From positions 470,966 to 534,965 of the forward strand of contig CAVQFA010000003.1 of the NCBI GenBank assembly GCA_963711735.1: a stretch of 64,000 nucleotides of DNA, written 5' to 3'. The notes beneath the pieces were generated by a model. That model had not been told where the DNA came from. It worked only from the letters and a program-made list of their open reading frames with translations, and did no database searches. This DNA comes from Candidatus Gottesmanbacteria bacterium (GTDB lineage: Bacteria; Patescibacteriota; Microgenomatia; UBA10105; UBA927). Of the stretch, positions 45,960 through 56,330 are shown in pieces. The translations under genes and the position numbers were made by a program. Within the stretch, counting starts at the first letter, position 1. Each line of letters starts with the position of its first letter.

Positions 45960-47084
45960 ATGAAAAAAACAGCAAGTTCCCAACAAAACAAAGTAAAAAA
46001 GTCCGTTTCACGCGCACATAAGGCTGCTTTAGGGGAGCCATATATGCCCGTTGGTAATGATAAGGAAGAAACGTTTATTTCAACTCCTCCTTCCAACAAA
46101 AAAAGCCCGGTTCCGATCATATTAACTCTTATTCTTGTAGGGGGATTGCTTTGGATGGGGATGACGAAAAGATCCCTTGATAGTTTGGTTACGATGAAAA
46201 ATAAGACAATTCCTGATGCAGTACAGAAGGTAACCGGCGGATCAGCTAAGGTCAAAGAGATTGCAAATTTGAAGGAAGTGAGCGGTGTATATGAATTTGA
46301 ACTTAATTTGGATTCTAACGGGCAAGTGAATAAATACACATCATATATCACAAAAGACGGAAAGATACTTTTCGTTTCCGGTACCAAACTCACGGATTTG
46401 GATAAAAAAGCAAACACTACTGCGCAGCCTGAAACGAAGAAATTAAGCTGTGCGGATGTAAAGAAAGCTGATCTGCCGAAAGTAACTGCATATGTTGTTG
46501 CCAATTGTCCGTATGGTCTTCAGATGCAGCGTGCCATGAAAAAAGCAATAGAAGAGCAACCTGAGCTTTCAGAATATCTGAACGTCAGGTATCTGGGAAG
46601 CATACAGAACGGAAAAATTACATCAATGCACGGCGACGAAGAAGCAGTTGAAAACCATCGACAGATATGCATAAGGGAAGAACAACCCGCACTCTATTGG
46701 CCGTATGTTTCGTGTTACATGAAAAAAGCCGGTGAATCAGCATCTTGTCTTGTTTCATCAGGAATAAACGCGACGCAACTCTCTTCATGCATGAGTGATG
46801 CGAAGCGCGGTTTGGCATACGCTGCGAAGGATTTTGAACTTGCGGATAAATTCCAAATTGCAAGTTCTCCGACGCTTTTAGTAAATGACGAACAGATAGT
46901 ATCTGAGAATGATTTCGGAGGCAGGACGCCGAACGCATTAAAAGAATTGTCCTGCTGCGGTGCAAATACAAAAGGGGCATATTGCACGAAAAATCTCACA
47001 ACGGATTCGGCAGCTGTGGCATTCTCTGAAACGGATGTTCAAACAGGAGGATCCCAGTCGGCAGTAAATTGTAATCCGCAATGA
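45960..47084 (+). CDS. membrane-anchored thioredoxin-fold (DsbA-like) protein, tentative
   Basis: N-terminal TM, then a C-terminal domain with a CPYG dithiol-like motif and several conserved Cys. Low similarity. Confidence 0.35.
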   Translation: MKKTASSQQNKVKKSVSRAHKAALGEPYMPVGNDKEETFISTPPSNKKSPVPIILTLILVGGLLWMGMTKRSLDSLVTMKNKTIPDAVQKVTGGSAKVKEIANLKEVSGVYEFELNLDSNGQVNKYTSYITKDGKILFVSGTKLTDLDKKANTTAQPETKKLSCADVKKADLPKVTAYVVANCPYGLQMQRAMKKAIEEQPELSEYLNVRYLGSIQNGKITSMHGDEEAVENHRQICIREEQPALYWPYVSCYMKKAGESASCLVSSGINATQLSSCMSDAKRGLAYAAKDFELADKFQIASSPTLLVNDEQIVSENDFGGRTPNALKELSCCGANTKGAYCTKNLTTDSAAVAFSETDVQTGGSQSAVNCNPQ

Positions 47085-47086
47085 GG

Positions 47087-48121
47087 TTATAACAGCGATT
47101 CCTGATCAATATTCTTCGGAGGACGCTTACCGAGGTGTTTAAACGCATTCATTGTTACCATTCTTCCGCGTGTCGTACGTTTGAGAAAACCGATCTGCAT
47201 AAGGTACGGTTCCAGTACTTCCTCAACTGTTCCGATATCTTCAGAAAGTGCTGATGCAATTGTCTGAATTCCGACAGGACCCCCGGAAAACTTATCGATA
47301 ATCGTAGTAAGAAGTCTGACATCAGACGAGTCCAAACCCATCGTATCCACTTCAAGCATTTGAAGAGCTTTTGACAGAATTGCATCCGTTATTTCTCCTA
47401 CTCCTTCTACATCAGCCACGTCACGGATGCGCTTGAGAAGCCGAAGTGCAATTCTTGGCGTACCACGGGCCCGTATGGATAATTCTTTTTTTGCTGTGTC
47501 TGATAACCGGACTTGAAGTTTCGCTGCGGCATGATCAAGGATTATTTCCAGCTCTGCCGGAGTATAGAATGACAACCTGTTTATTACCCCGAATCTGTCA
47601 CGCATGGGTGAGGACAAAAGTCCGATCCTCGTCGTTGCACCGACGAGTGTAAAAGGGGGAACATCCAAACGGAGCGTTCTGGCCGATGGTCCTTTTCCGA
47701 TGACAATATCCAATGCAAAATCTTCCATTGCAGGATAGAGTGTTTCTTCGACCAGTTTGTTGAGACGGTGAATTTCATCTATAAAAAGGATATCACGCGG
47801 TTCCAGATTGGTGAGTATTGACGCGAGATCTCCGGCGCGTTCAATTGCAGGGCCTGAAGTAATTTTCAGATTTACACCCATTTCTTTAGCAATGATATGT
47901 GCAAGCGTTGTCTTACCGAGACCGGGCGGGCCGTATAAAAGAATGTGTTCGACTGCCTCTTTTCTTTTTTTAGCGGCGGCAATTGATATCTGTATGCTTT
48001 TTTTCACTGTAGTCTGACCGGCAAATTCGTCCCAGGATGCCGCACGCAATGAAACAAATAAACGCTCTTCTTCATCCCGGACGGGTGTATCTTTTTTAGT
48101 TTTTTCCTGTATTTGTTTCAT
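47087..48121 (-). CDS. ruvB: Holliday junction helicase RuvB
   Basis: AAA+ Walker [19 protein letters not shown] and full-length similarity. Confidence 0.9.
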   Translation of the reverse strand: MKQIQEKTKKDTPVRDEEERLFVSLRAASWDEFAGQTTVKKSIQISIAAAKKRKEAVEHILLYGPPGLGKTTLAHIIAKEMGVNLKITSGPAIERAGDLASILTNLEPRDILFIDEIHRLNKLVEETLYPAMEDFALDIVIGKGPSARTLRLDVPPFTLVGATTRIGLLSSPMRDRFGVINRLSFYTPAELEIILDHAAAKLQVRLSDTAKKELSIRARGTPRIALRLLKRIRDVADVEGVGEITDAILSKALQMLEVDTMGLDSSDVRLLTTIIDKFSGGPVGIQTIASALSEDIGTVEEVLEPYLMQIGFLKRTTRGRMVTMNAFKHLGKRPPKNIDQESLL

Positions 48122-48129
48122 ATAAAAAA

Positions 48130-48708
48130 CTACGTATGTTTACCTATATATTTAAGTGCCTCACGTATTTTATTTTCTAACGTTGCTTCAGTTTTCTGGA
48201 TTTTCCTTATGGCATACACTGCCTCACTTTTGCCGAAACCCATACCGATAAGCGCATCGAGAATTGCTTTTGTCTCGGAATCTCCTTCTTCTCTCAGGTC
48301 CAGTTCCTTTGTGCTCCCGATTTTTGATTTCAATTCAATAATTATTTTCTGGGCATTTTTTTTGCCTAAACGCGGGATTGTTGTGAAAAAATCAACATCG
48401 GATGAGATTATTGCTTTTTCTACGGAATGATATCCTCTGTCGATAACCAGCAGTGCCGTTTTTGGTCCGACCCCGGATACCGTAAGGAGAAGGTTAAATA
48501 AATCAAGATCCCTTTTGAGGGTAAATCCGTATAATTCCAAAGCATCATCCCGTACATGCGTATGGATATATAATACTGTTTCCGCAACCGGTTTTATGGA
48601 ACGCAGAATATTGGGAGGAACAGATACTTCATATCCCACTCCGTGTACATCCAGAATAATCGTTGTCGGGTTTATGCTTTCGGGAATTCCCGTGAGTTTG
48701 CCTATCAT
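48130..48708 (-). CDS. ruvA: Holliday junction DNA-binding protein RuvA
   Basis: MIGKLTG...VHGVGYEV N-terminal OB domain and HhH motifs. Confidence 0.9.
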   Translation of the reverse strand: MIGKLTGIPESINPTTIILDVHGVGYEVSVPPNILRSIKPVAETVLYIHTHVRDDALELYGFTLKRDLDLFNLLLTVSGVGPKTALLVIDRGYHSVEKAIISSDVDFFTTIPRLGKKNAQKIIIELKSKIGSTKELDLREEGDSETKAILDALIGMGFGKSEAVYAIRKIQKTEATLENKIREALKYIGKHT

Positions 48709-49196
48709 ATGAGTTTTTGTTTCAGTTTGTATGAATACGCGTGTGTCAGAGCTATAGCACAGGCATCTGTCACATCATCAGGTTTCGGTGTTTCTTTCAA
48801 TTTCATAATGGATACGATCATTCTCGCAACCTGGGTTTTATCGGCTTTTCCGCTGCCCGTTATTGTTTGTTTCACAACAAGAGGAGTATACGATACAACT
48901 TGAATATCCGCCAGAGCTGCAGAAAGTATTATGACTCCTCTTGCCTGACCCACGGAAATTGCCGTTTTTGCGTTTGTTGCAAAAAACAATTCCTCTACAC
49001 TGACGACATTCGGAGTATATGCTGAAATGAGTTCATTCATTTTTCTGTAGATAAAGAGCAGTCTTTCCGTATCGCTTTTTGTATGGATATCCGGAATAAT
49101 GCAACCGTATGCAGGTATGGTGATGAGAGAATTTTGCACATGAACCACTGACCATCCGACACGTGTTGTTCCGGGGTCAACTCCGAGGATCTTCAT
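48705..49196 (-). CDS. ruvC: Holliday junction resolvase RuvC
   Basis: ILGVDPGTTRVGWSV N-terminus with catalytic Asp. 4-nt overlap with ruvA. Confidence 0.9.
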   Translation of the reverse strand: MKILGVDPGTTRVGWSVVHVQNSLITIPAYGCIIPDIHTKSDTERLLFIYRKMNELISAYTPNVVSVEELFFATNAKTAISVGQARGVIILSAALADIQVVSYTPLVVKQTITGSGKADKTQVARMIVSIMKLKETPKPDDVTDACAIALTHAYSYKLKQKLI

Positions 49197-49282
49197 GAGA
49201 ATGTTATATCATGTAAGTCAGTTTTTTCCAAAAAAAACTCATGTAATTGAAGCAGAGATACCGATGAAGGTATACTGGAAAC

Positions 49283-49696
49283 ATGGGAAGTATTCTGCGC
49301 TTTGCTTTCGTTGCTGTTATTGCATTTATTGTCTTGACCGTGCTTTCGGTGGGATGGTCAAAATTTTCAGTACAACCCCGTCCCGACGCAATAAAGATAT
49401 TTCACGGGTACGTAAAAGATACTTATCTTGCCAAACAGACAGCCCAGGTTCTCGGTGTTACCGACAGCACAACGAGCGCGCCTATGTCTTTTTCATCCAT
49501 CGCTTCCGATTTTAAAACGCGTGCAATTCAGGAAGTAAGTGATCAGGTACGGTTATTTATTGTATCGAGACTCGCAATTCAGCTTATGTATCAGTTTAAC
49601 GCTCTTCCCGAATCCGACCGTTCTGCAGTGACGTCGCTTATCTGCAAACCGGACTCCGGTCGCGTCATTGATGCTACATCATCAGGGATTCACTAG
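49283..49696 (+). CDS. hypothetical membrane-anchored protein
   Basis: 137-aa ORF with an N-terminal TM. Confidence 0.4.
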   Translation: MGSILRFAFVAVIAFIVLTVLSVGWSKFSVQPRPDAIKIFHGYVKDTYLAKQTAQVLGVTDSTTSAPMSFSSIASDFKTRAIQEVSDQVRLFIVSRLAIQLMYQFNALPESDRSAVTSLICKPDSGRVIDATSSGIH

Positions 49697-50948
49697 TATG
49701 CTTATAAAGTTACAACTTACCCGAATCCGCAAGTTTATCCGGACACATGTTCACGGCATCATTTCAGGCGGAGCAGACAATGATCCCGCGGGAATATCGA
49801 CATATGCCATTTCAGGGGCAAGATTTGGATATCAACAATTGTGGCTTCTTGTTTTATCAACACCCATGCTTATAGCCGTTCAGGCCATGTGCGCGAGGCT
49901 CGGTGACGTAAAACGGAAAGGATTAATGGTTATTTTCCGTGAACATTATCATCCTGTAATTGCAATATCCGCGATGATAATTCTGCTTATAACAAATATC
50001 GCGACTCTTTCGGCAGATTTGCTTGGTGTTGCCGACAGCTTTGAACTTATAAGCGGTATATCACGATATATATGGATTATCCCGATTGCATTTGGAATTT
50101 GGTACGTAGAAGTTTTTAAAAGTTTTAAAGTCATAGAAAAGTACCTCTTTTTATTAACATTTGTTTTTTTGGGGTACATCATAACAGCATTTCTTTCAAA
50201 ACCTGATTGGGTTTCAGTTCTGAGATTTACGATACTGCCTGATATATCGGTTTCACCGGGATATTTTGTGGCAGCGCTCGGTCTATTGGGAACAACAATT
50301 ACACCGTTTCTTTTCTTCTGGCAATCCAGACAGGATTTAGAAGAGCATTTACCTGCAAAAGAATTGGAAAATGACATTAGACATGAAGATACTGTTCTTG
50401 CTCCGGGTTTTATCTGGAGCAACATCATTTCCTTTTTTATTATTGTTTCCACATCAGCAGTGCTTCACGCAAACGGAAGATTTGATATTAAAAGCGCTGC
50501 AGAGGCAGCGCGGGTTTTGGAACCGTTTGCAGGATCATATGCGAAAATTCTTTTTGCTCTCGGAATCATCGGATCAGGAATACTCGCCATACCGGTACTT
50601 GCCGCATCAACAGCATACGCCGTAGCGGAGACGTTTCATTGGCATGAAAGTTTATCCGATAAACCCAGTAAAGCAAAAGGATTTTATGCCGTTGTGTCAC
50701 TTTCGATAGTTGCAGGTTTACTTATTATATTAAGCGGTGTAGATCCGATTCAAAGCCTTTTCTATTCTCAGGTTCTCAATGGTATATTGGCACCCGTCCT
50801 TATCATTCTGATTTTACTTCTTGCTTCAGACCGTAAAATCATGGGGAAGTTTGTAAACAGAGGGTTTGATACCATATTTGGCTGGTTAACAGTTTTTGTT
50901 ATGATATTTGGTACGTGCGGACTCGTCTGGCAAATACTGGTAAAATAA
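49668..50948 (+). CDS. mntH: NRAMP-family divalent metal cation transporter
   Basis: GGADNDPAGISTY motif (Nramp DPGN consensus region). About 11 TM helices. Confidence 0.75.
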   Translation: MMLHHQGFTSMLIKLQLTRIRKFIRTHVHGIISGGADNDPAGISTYAISGARFGYQQLWLLVLSTPMLIAVQAMCARLGDVKRKGLMVIFREHYHPVIAISAMIILLITNIATLSADLLGVADSFELISGISRYIWIIPIAFGIWYVEVFKSFKVIEKYLFLLTFVFLGYIITAFLSKPDWVSVLRFTILPDISVSPGYFVAALGLLGTTITPFLFFWQSRQDLEEHLPAKELENDIRHEDTVLAPGFIWSNIISFFIIVSTSAVLHANGRFDIKSAAEAARVLEPFAGSYAKILFALGIIGSGILAIPVLAASTAYAVAETFHWHESLSDKPSKAKGFYAVVSLSIVAGLLIILSGVDPIQSLFYSQVLNGILAPVLIILILLLASDRKIMGKFVNRGFDTIFGWLTVFVMIFGTCGLVWQILVK

Positions 50949-51070
50949 TATGATTTTTTCCGGAAAATTCCACCGGAATACTCTTAGCACAGCATGGTAT
51001 AAAATCCTTTTTTCTATACTGCATGACGGATACAAAGCGAAAGTTGAAATAGTATACAATACGATCCTTT

Positions 51071-52078
51071 ATGAAAGAAGAATTGGTTCGTCGGACAAAA
51101 CAGGTTTTATCTAAACTCGATCTTGATAATAAACGGATTACAGTTGAGAGTCTTGAAAAGGAAAGTCTGGACCCTTCATTCTGGCAGGATAGTGCAAAAG
51201 CAACCACTGTAATGAAAAAAATTTCAGCCATAAAGAAAGAAATAGAACAGGGTGAAATGCTTGAACTTCTTATGACTGACGGTAAAGAAGAAGATTTGGA
51301 AAAAGAAGTAGACAGACTTGAATATGCACTCTATTTATCAGGTGTCCATGACAGGGGAGATGCAATTATTGCTCTTCACGCAGGACAGGGAGGAACAGAA
51401 GCCATGGACTGGACGGGTATGCTATACCGGATGTATACAAGGTTTATTGAACGTAAAGGATGGTCCGCAGAAGAAATTGATTATACGCGGGGAGACGAAG
51501 CAGGTATCAAAAGCATTACACTGCAGGTTACCGGGACATACGCGTATGGGTACCTGAAAGCGGAAGCCGGAGTACACAGACTTGTCCGGCAATCACCGTT
51601 TAATGCCGATAACCTGCGGCAGACTTCATTTGCAATGCTTGAAGTTCTTCCTGTGGTAGAAGATGAGGATGTGGTGATAAAAGAGGACGAGCTTGAATGG
51701 GATTTTTACAGAAGCGGAGGAAAAGGGGGCCAAAACGTGAATAAAGTGTCAACTGCAGTCCGTTTGAGGCATAAACCGACAAATATCGTCGTTACGTGTC
51801 AGAGTGAACGGTATCAGGGTCAAAACAGGGAATACGCGCTGAAAATTTTACGTGCAAAGTTATGGGCAATAGAGGAAGAACATCGGAAAACAGAGCAGGA
51901 AAAAGTGAAGGGCGCATATAAAACACCCGGTTGGGGAAATCAGATACGATCATATGTTCTTCATCCGTATCATATGGTAAAAGACCTGCGTACCGGTCAT
52001 GAAACAGGTAATACCGGACGTGTTTTGGATGGTGATATAGAGGATTTTATTATCTCATACTTGAAAAAAATCGCGTAA
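51071..52078 (+). CDS. prfB: peptide chain release factor 2 (single continuous ORF, no programmed frameshift)
   Basis: SPF tripeptide motif and GGQ motif (GGQNVNK). The position of the E. coli-type CUU UGA C shift site reads CTT GAT. Confidence 0.85.
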   Translation: MKEELVRRTKQVLSKLDLDNKRITVESLEKESLDPSFWQDSAKATTVMKKISAIKKEIEQGEMLELLMTDGKEEDLEKEVDRLEYALYLSGVHDRGDAIIALHAGQGGTEAMDWTGMLYRMYTRFIERKGWSAEEIDYTRGDEAGIKSITLQVTGTYAYGYLKAEAGVHRLVRQSPFNADNLRQTSFAMLEVLPVVEDEDVVIKEDELEWDFYRSGGKGGQNVNKVSTAVRLRHKPTNIVVTCQSERYQGQNREYALKILRAKLWAIEEEHRKTEQEKVKGAYKTPGWGNQIRSYVLHPYHMVKDLRTGHETGNTGRVLDGDIEDFIISYLKKIA

Positions 52079-52109
52079 GCCGTAATAATGGTATGAGCAT
52101 GCGAAATGT

Positions 52110-52613
52110 ATGAACAAGGTCAACGTGCAAACTCAGATACATCCGTCAAGTGCGGGAGTTGTGCCGAAAGAAGCACCGCTTGTTCAAAGTATTGACACAC
52201 GTGATCCTGATGCGATCAAAGCAGGTATTTCTATGAAAAAAACTATTTTTGCAGTATATATTGTGCTCATTGTGTTAGGAGTTGGTACGGGCTATTTGCT
52301 CTCCAGAGGAACAGGATCATCCAAAAATGCTCCTGTTACGGGTTCAATGCTGACAACAGGATCTGCGGTGGGGATTAGCGATGAAACGACATTTAAAGAT
52401 TCCGCTGAGGGCACTATTGAAGCCGGTGGTGCAGACGGAGAGGGGACTCATAAACTGATCAGAGACGGCGGGCCTTCCCAGACTGTATATCTTATATCGT
52501 CTGTTGTTGATCTGGACGAATTTATCGGGAAAAAAGTTAAAGTATGGGGTCAAACTCAGGCAGCAAAAAGTGTAGCATGGCTCATGGATGTAGGAAAAGT
52601 TGAGCTTAAATGA
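52110..52613 (+). CDS. hypothetical membrane-anchored protein
   Basis: A TM helix (IFAVYIVLIVLGVGTGYLL) after about 40 aa. The start may be the internal Met. Confidence 0.4.
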   Translation: MNKVNVQTQIHPSSAGVVPKEAPLVQSIDTRDPDAIKAGISMKKTIFAVYIVLIVLGVGTGYLLSRGTGSSKNAPVTGSMLTTGSAVGISDETTFKDSAEGTIEAGGADGEGTHKLIRDGGPSQTVYLISSVVDLDEFIGKKVKVWGQTQAAKSVAWLMDVGKVELK

Positions 52614-52616
52614 ACA

Positions 52617-53390
52617 ATGATACGTTACGACAAAGTATCCAAACAATACGGGCAATTACAGCCGGCATTATCCGATATTTCTCTTGAAATTGCGGATGGT
52701 GAATTTGTTTTTTTAATCGGTCCGTCAGGAGCAGGAAAAACAACAGTACTACGTCTTCTTACCCGTGATCTTGACCCAACGAGCGGAAGTATTTTTGTAG
52801 ATGAGGAAGATATTTCAACGATCCGATCAAAAAGTATATACCTCCTTCGGAGAAAAATAGGAATGATTTTCCAGGACTTTAAACTTCTTTCCGAACGTAC
52901 AGTATACGAAAATGTTGCGATACCTTTGGAAATACTAGGGAAAAAGGAAGATGAAGTCAAAAAATCAGTAGAAAAAATTCTGGATATCGTCGGGCTTTCC
53001 AAAAAAACAAATCTGTTTCCTCAACAATTATCTGCAGGAGAAATGCAAAGGACGAGTATTGCGCGATCTCTTGTGGGCGGACCCAAGGTGCTTCTCGCTG
53101 ATGAACCGACCGGAAATCTGGACCCTGAGACTGCTTGGGGAATTCTTAAAATATTAAGCGAAGTCAATTCAATCGGTACGACGATAATCATGGCAACACA
53201 CAATACCACCATAGTAAATGATATGAAAAAAAGGACTATTACCATTCATGACGGAATGATAGTGAGAGACGAAACACACGGTAAGTATCATACGGGGAAT
53301 GATAAACATGACGAAGATAATGGTTCGGATGTAAAAAATCATGAACACGAAAACCATCATAAGGAGAAAAAACACCATGGGAATTCGTAA
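52617..53390 (+). CDS. ftsE: cell division ATP-binding protein FtsE with a His-rich C-terminal tail
   Basis: Near-colinear with E. coli FtsE (MIRYDKVSKQY..., Walker A/B, LSAGEMQR). The extra C-terminal tail HGKYHTGNDKHDEDNGSDVKNHEHENHHKEKKHHGNS is unusual. Confidence 0.9.
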   Translation: MIRYDKVSKQYGQLQPALSDISLEIADGEFVFLIGPSGAGKTTVLRLLTRDLDPTSGSIFVDEEDISTIRSKSIYLLRRKIGMIFQDFKLLSERTVYENVAIPLEILGKKEDEVKKSVEKILDIVGLSKKTNLFPQQLSAGEMQRTSIARSLVGGPKVLLADEPTGNLDPETAWGILKILSEVNSIGTTIIMATHNTTIVNDMKKRTITIHDGMIVRDETHGKYHTGNDKHDEDNGSDVKNHEHENHHKEKKHHGNS

Positions 53391-54273
53391 AACCACCTGG
53401 CATCATATCAGAAGGTCACCATTTCATGCATTTGCAGCGATTGTAACTATTTTTATAACGTTTCTTCTCGGAGGTGTGTTTTTGCTTTTAACAACTGCAT
53501 CTGTTGAAATACTTGCATATTTTGAAAGCAAACCCCAAATAACCGTGTTTTTTTCGGATTCCGCAACCATGGAAACGGTAGATAAGATGAAAAAAACGCT
53601 TTTGGACACAGGTATGACATCCTCACTTGTCTACGTATCGAAAGATCAGGCATTAGCGCTGTATAAAAGCCAGTATAAAGATGATCCTTTACTTCTGGAA
53701 ATGGTGACTGCTGACATTCTTCCCGCATCTTTGGAAGTGACAGCAAAGGAACCGTCGTTTCTTAAAGAGCTTGAACCGATCATAAAAAAATCTGAAGGAA
53801 TAGAGGATATTGCATATCAGAAAGATGTTGTTGACGCTCTTGTCATTTGGACACGTGCAATACGGATAACCGGTATCATTTTAGCCGGAATGCTCATGCT
53901 TGATTCACTCCTTATCATAATGACTGTCATCGGACTGAATATTGCCATCCGGAAAGATGAAATAGAAATATTAAAGCTGGTAGGCGCAAGCCCGTCATAC
54001 ATCCGTATACCATTTCTTCTTGAAGGAGTTTTCTATGGATTTTCCGGATCAGTGCTGGCAGCAGTTGTAGTTTTAGGAACGGTTTATGCAACACTTCCGT
54101 ATATCGGGACATTTTTAGGAGCAATACCTTCCATAAGTTCGCTTCTCACACAACCATTTTCACAAACTTCGATTCTGTATGCAGGAGTCTTTGCAGGAAT
54201 ATTACTTTCAAGCGGAAGCATCCTCGGACTTATCGGTAGCGCCGTATCAATCGGACGATATCTCAAATTTTAG
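53377..54273 (+). CDS. ftsX: cell division permease FtsX
   Basis: SD AAGGAG 10 nt upstream of the ATG at 53377. N-terminal TM, periplasmic domain and C-terminal 3-TM FtsX module. Confidence 0.85.
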   Translation: MGIRKTTWHHIRRSPFHAFAAIVTIFITFLLGGVFLLLTTASVEILAYFESKPQITVFFSDSATMETVDKMKKTLLDTGMTSSLVYVSKDQALALYKSQYKDDPLLLEMVTADILPASLEVTAKEPSFLKELEPIIKKSEGIEDIAYQKDVVDALVIWTRAIRITGIILAGMLMLDSLLIIMTVIGLNIAIRKDEIEILKLVGASPSYIRIPFLLEGVFYGFSGSVLAAVVVLGTVYATLPYIGTFLGAIPSISSLLTQPFSQTSILYAGVFAGILLSSGSILGLIGSAVSIGRYLKF

Positions 54274-54287
54274 TGTATTTTCCTATC

Positions 54288-55433
54288 ATGGTCATACGCA
54301 GGCTATTCATTCTTATTTTTTGTATTTTTGTGCTGGAATTTTCCGCACTGCATATCCACGCACAGACAACATCCGATACGGATAAGCGTATTGAGGAGTT
54401 AAAAGCGAAAGTCGCAGAACTTCAGGGTACTGCAAATACGCTGACAAAAGAAATTACCATCAGAAATAACCAGATCGCAATGATCAGTTTACGTATAGAG
54501 TCCATGCGGTCGGCAATATCCAAACTTACAGCAGAAGCTGATCAATTAGCCGGGGAGATTGATAGAATCGAGACACTCCTGACACGAAGGACAGAACTTG
54601 TTCTTAAGCGGATTCCGGAATCTTACATGCGTTCGAGTGCATCACAATTCGGGATGATATTTTTCAGCAGGGATTTCAACGATTTTATCGCAAAAGTGGA
54701 ATATATTTCGCTTGTTCAGAAACAGGATACACACCTCATGCTACAGCTGAAAGCAACGCAAAACAACTTTGAAGAGCGGAAAAATCTCCGGGAAGAGAAA
54801 AAAATTGAAAAACAAACGCTTCAGACACAACTTGAAGCAGAAAGTCTGGAGTTAGAACGGACACAGAAAGAGAAACAACACCTTCTGGATCAAACAAGGT
54901 CAAGCGAAGCTGTATATCAACAATTGTTGTCTCAGGCCTTAGCTGAACGACAAGCACTGGAACGGGCTCTTGTTGAAGGAGTACAGATTGGACCGATCAA
55001 AAAAGGAGATCCTATAGCTCTCGTTGGGAACACTGGATATCCGGGATGTTCGACAGGCCAGCACTTACATTTTGAGGTACGGAATAATAATGTTTGGACT
55101 GATCCGTCTCAATATCTGCAAAATAAAACCGTCAATGACGAACAGAACGGAGGCACTTGGAATGTGGGGTCAGGAAGTTGGGATTGGCCGATTGCAGATA
55201 CCGTCAGGATTACACAGCACTATGGTAAGACACCCTATTCATGGAGGTATGCGTATTCAGGAGGAATGCATACGGGTTTTGACATGATATCCACATCAGG
55301 CGATATAATCCGTGCTCCGAGCGACGGAACTCTGTATTCATCAAGTCAGGCATGCGGAAGCGGAAGCATCATAAAAATAAAATATATTGATCACGGGGGC
55401 GGACTCGTTTCGTTTTTCCTGCATGTTCAATAA
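54288..55433 (+). CDS. secreted coiled-coil M23/LytM peptidase (EnvC/PcsB-like FtsEX partner) with apparently circularly permuted M23 domain
   Basis: Signal peptide, then about 200 aa of coiled coil. The M23 C-terminal subdomain comes next (GDPIALVGNTGYPGCSTGQHLHFEV), followed by the M23 N-terminal subdomain (GGMHTGFDM...GDIIRAPSDGTLY...IDHGGGLVSFFLHV). Confidence 0.7.
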   Translation: MVIRRLFILIFCIFVLEFSALHIHAQTTSDTDKRIEELKAKVAELQGTANTLTKEITIRNNQIAMISLRIESMRSAISKLTAEADQLAGEIDRIETLLTRRTELVLKRIPESYMRSSASQFGMIFFSRDFNDFIAKVEYISLVQKQDTHLMLQLKATQNNFEERKNLREEKKIEKQTLQTQLEAESLELERTQKEKQHLLDQTRSSEAVYQQLLSQALAERQALERALVEGVQIGPIKKGDPIALVGNTGYPGCSTGQHLHFEVRNNNVWTDPSQYLQNKTVNDEQNGGTWNVGSGSWDWPIADTVRITQHYGKTPYSWRYAYSGGMHTGFDMISTSGDIIRAPSDGTLYSSSQACGSGSIIKIKYIDHGGGLVSFFLHVQ

Positions 55434-55455
55434 ATAGAGTACACAAATTCTGCCT

Positions 55456-56325
55456 ATGGGACTGTATCGGTGGTTTTTTATATGCTTCATTCTCCTTACA
55501 TTATTTTTTTTGATATCCGACATTGCAGAAGCTGCATTCACACTGATTAAACCAAATCAGAGTGATATAAAGGATGCAGACGATTATTCCGTATCATTGG
55601 AATTTTCCATAGAACAGGCTGACGATACAAAGTATTATCTTCGCGGAGTTTTTTATAAGGAAGGGACCTCTGATTATTGCGGATATACCTGGAATGGGTC
55701 CGGTTGGTATAAAGGACCGTATACATCAGGTGACGGGTGGAAAAATTTTTTGCCGATTTCAATAAAAAACAGCACATGGTCAGGAATATTGAAATCCAAA
55801 ATTGATACAGGTGATTCGGGATGCAGGGAAAGCGGTGTTTATGGGTTTAAAATTGAACGGTTTACGGAATCCGGATCACCTAATTTTGACAACCAAAACG
55901 AAGTCAGGGTAAACATCATGATTCCGACTCCTACGCATACCCCTCAACCGACTCATACACCAATGCCGACAGATAAACCGACACCGACAGTAAAACCGGA
56001 TCCTTCGGCAACACCGACAACTGTGAAAGTTAATTCACTGATGACAAACGTCATAACAGGGATTCCGTCAAATACTCCGCGTATTTCTCCGATGGTATCA
56101 AAAGCAGACAAGGATCAAAACCATAATGACACGAAAAATTCTGAAGTTTCTGTGCTTGGATCTATGGATGATGGCATAGGCACGAATGCAAGTGAAAGTG
56201 GCTTTACGCGTTCCTCCGGAAAATATCTCGCAATTGCGCTCTCTTTTATAGGTTTAGGTTTCGCCATCCTGACGGGAGTGAGCGTGTGGCGGATTGCAGA
56301 CAAAAAAAGGCAGAGTATAATATAA
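55456..56325 (+). CDS. secreted protein with Pro/Thr-rich linker and C-terminal hydrophobic anchor plus basic tail
   Basis: Signal peptide. Linker PTPTHTPQPTHTPMPTDKPTPTVKPDPSATPTT. C-terminus LAIALSFIGLGFAILTGVSVWRIADKKRQSII. Confidence 0.5.
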   Translation: MGLYRWFFICFILLTLFFLISDIAEAAFTLIKPNQSDIKDADDYSVSLEFSIEQADDTKYYLRGVFYKEGTSDYCGYTWNGSGWYKGPYTSGDGWKNFLPISIKNSTWSGILKSKIDTGDSGCRESGVYGFKIERFTESGSPNFDNQNEVRVNIMIPTPTHTPQPTHTPMPTDKPTPTVKPDPSATPTTVKVNSLMTNVITGIPSNTPRISPMVSKADKDQNHNDTKNSEVSVLGSMDDGIGTNASESGFTRSSGKYLAIALSFIGLGFAILTGVSVWRIADKKRQSII

Positions 56326-56330
56326 CTCTT

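Noticed and set aside
51071-51200. Programmed +1 frameshift site in prfB
   Set aside because: The ORF is continuous, and the CUU UGA C motif is replaced by CTT GAT.
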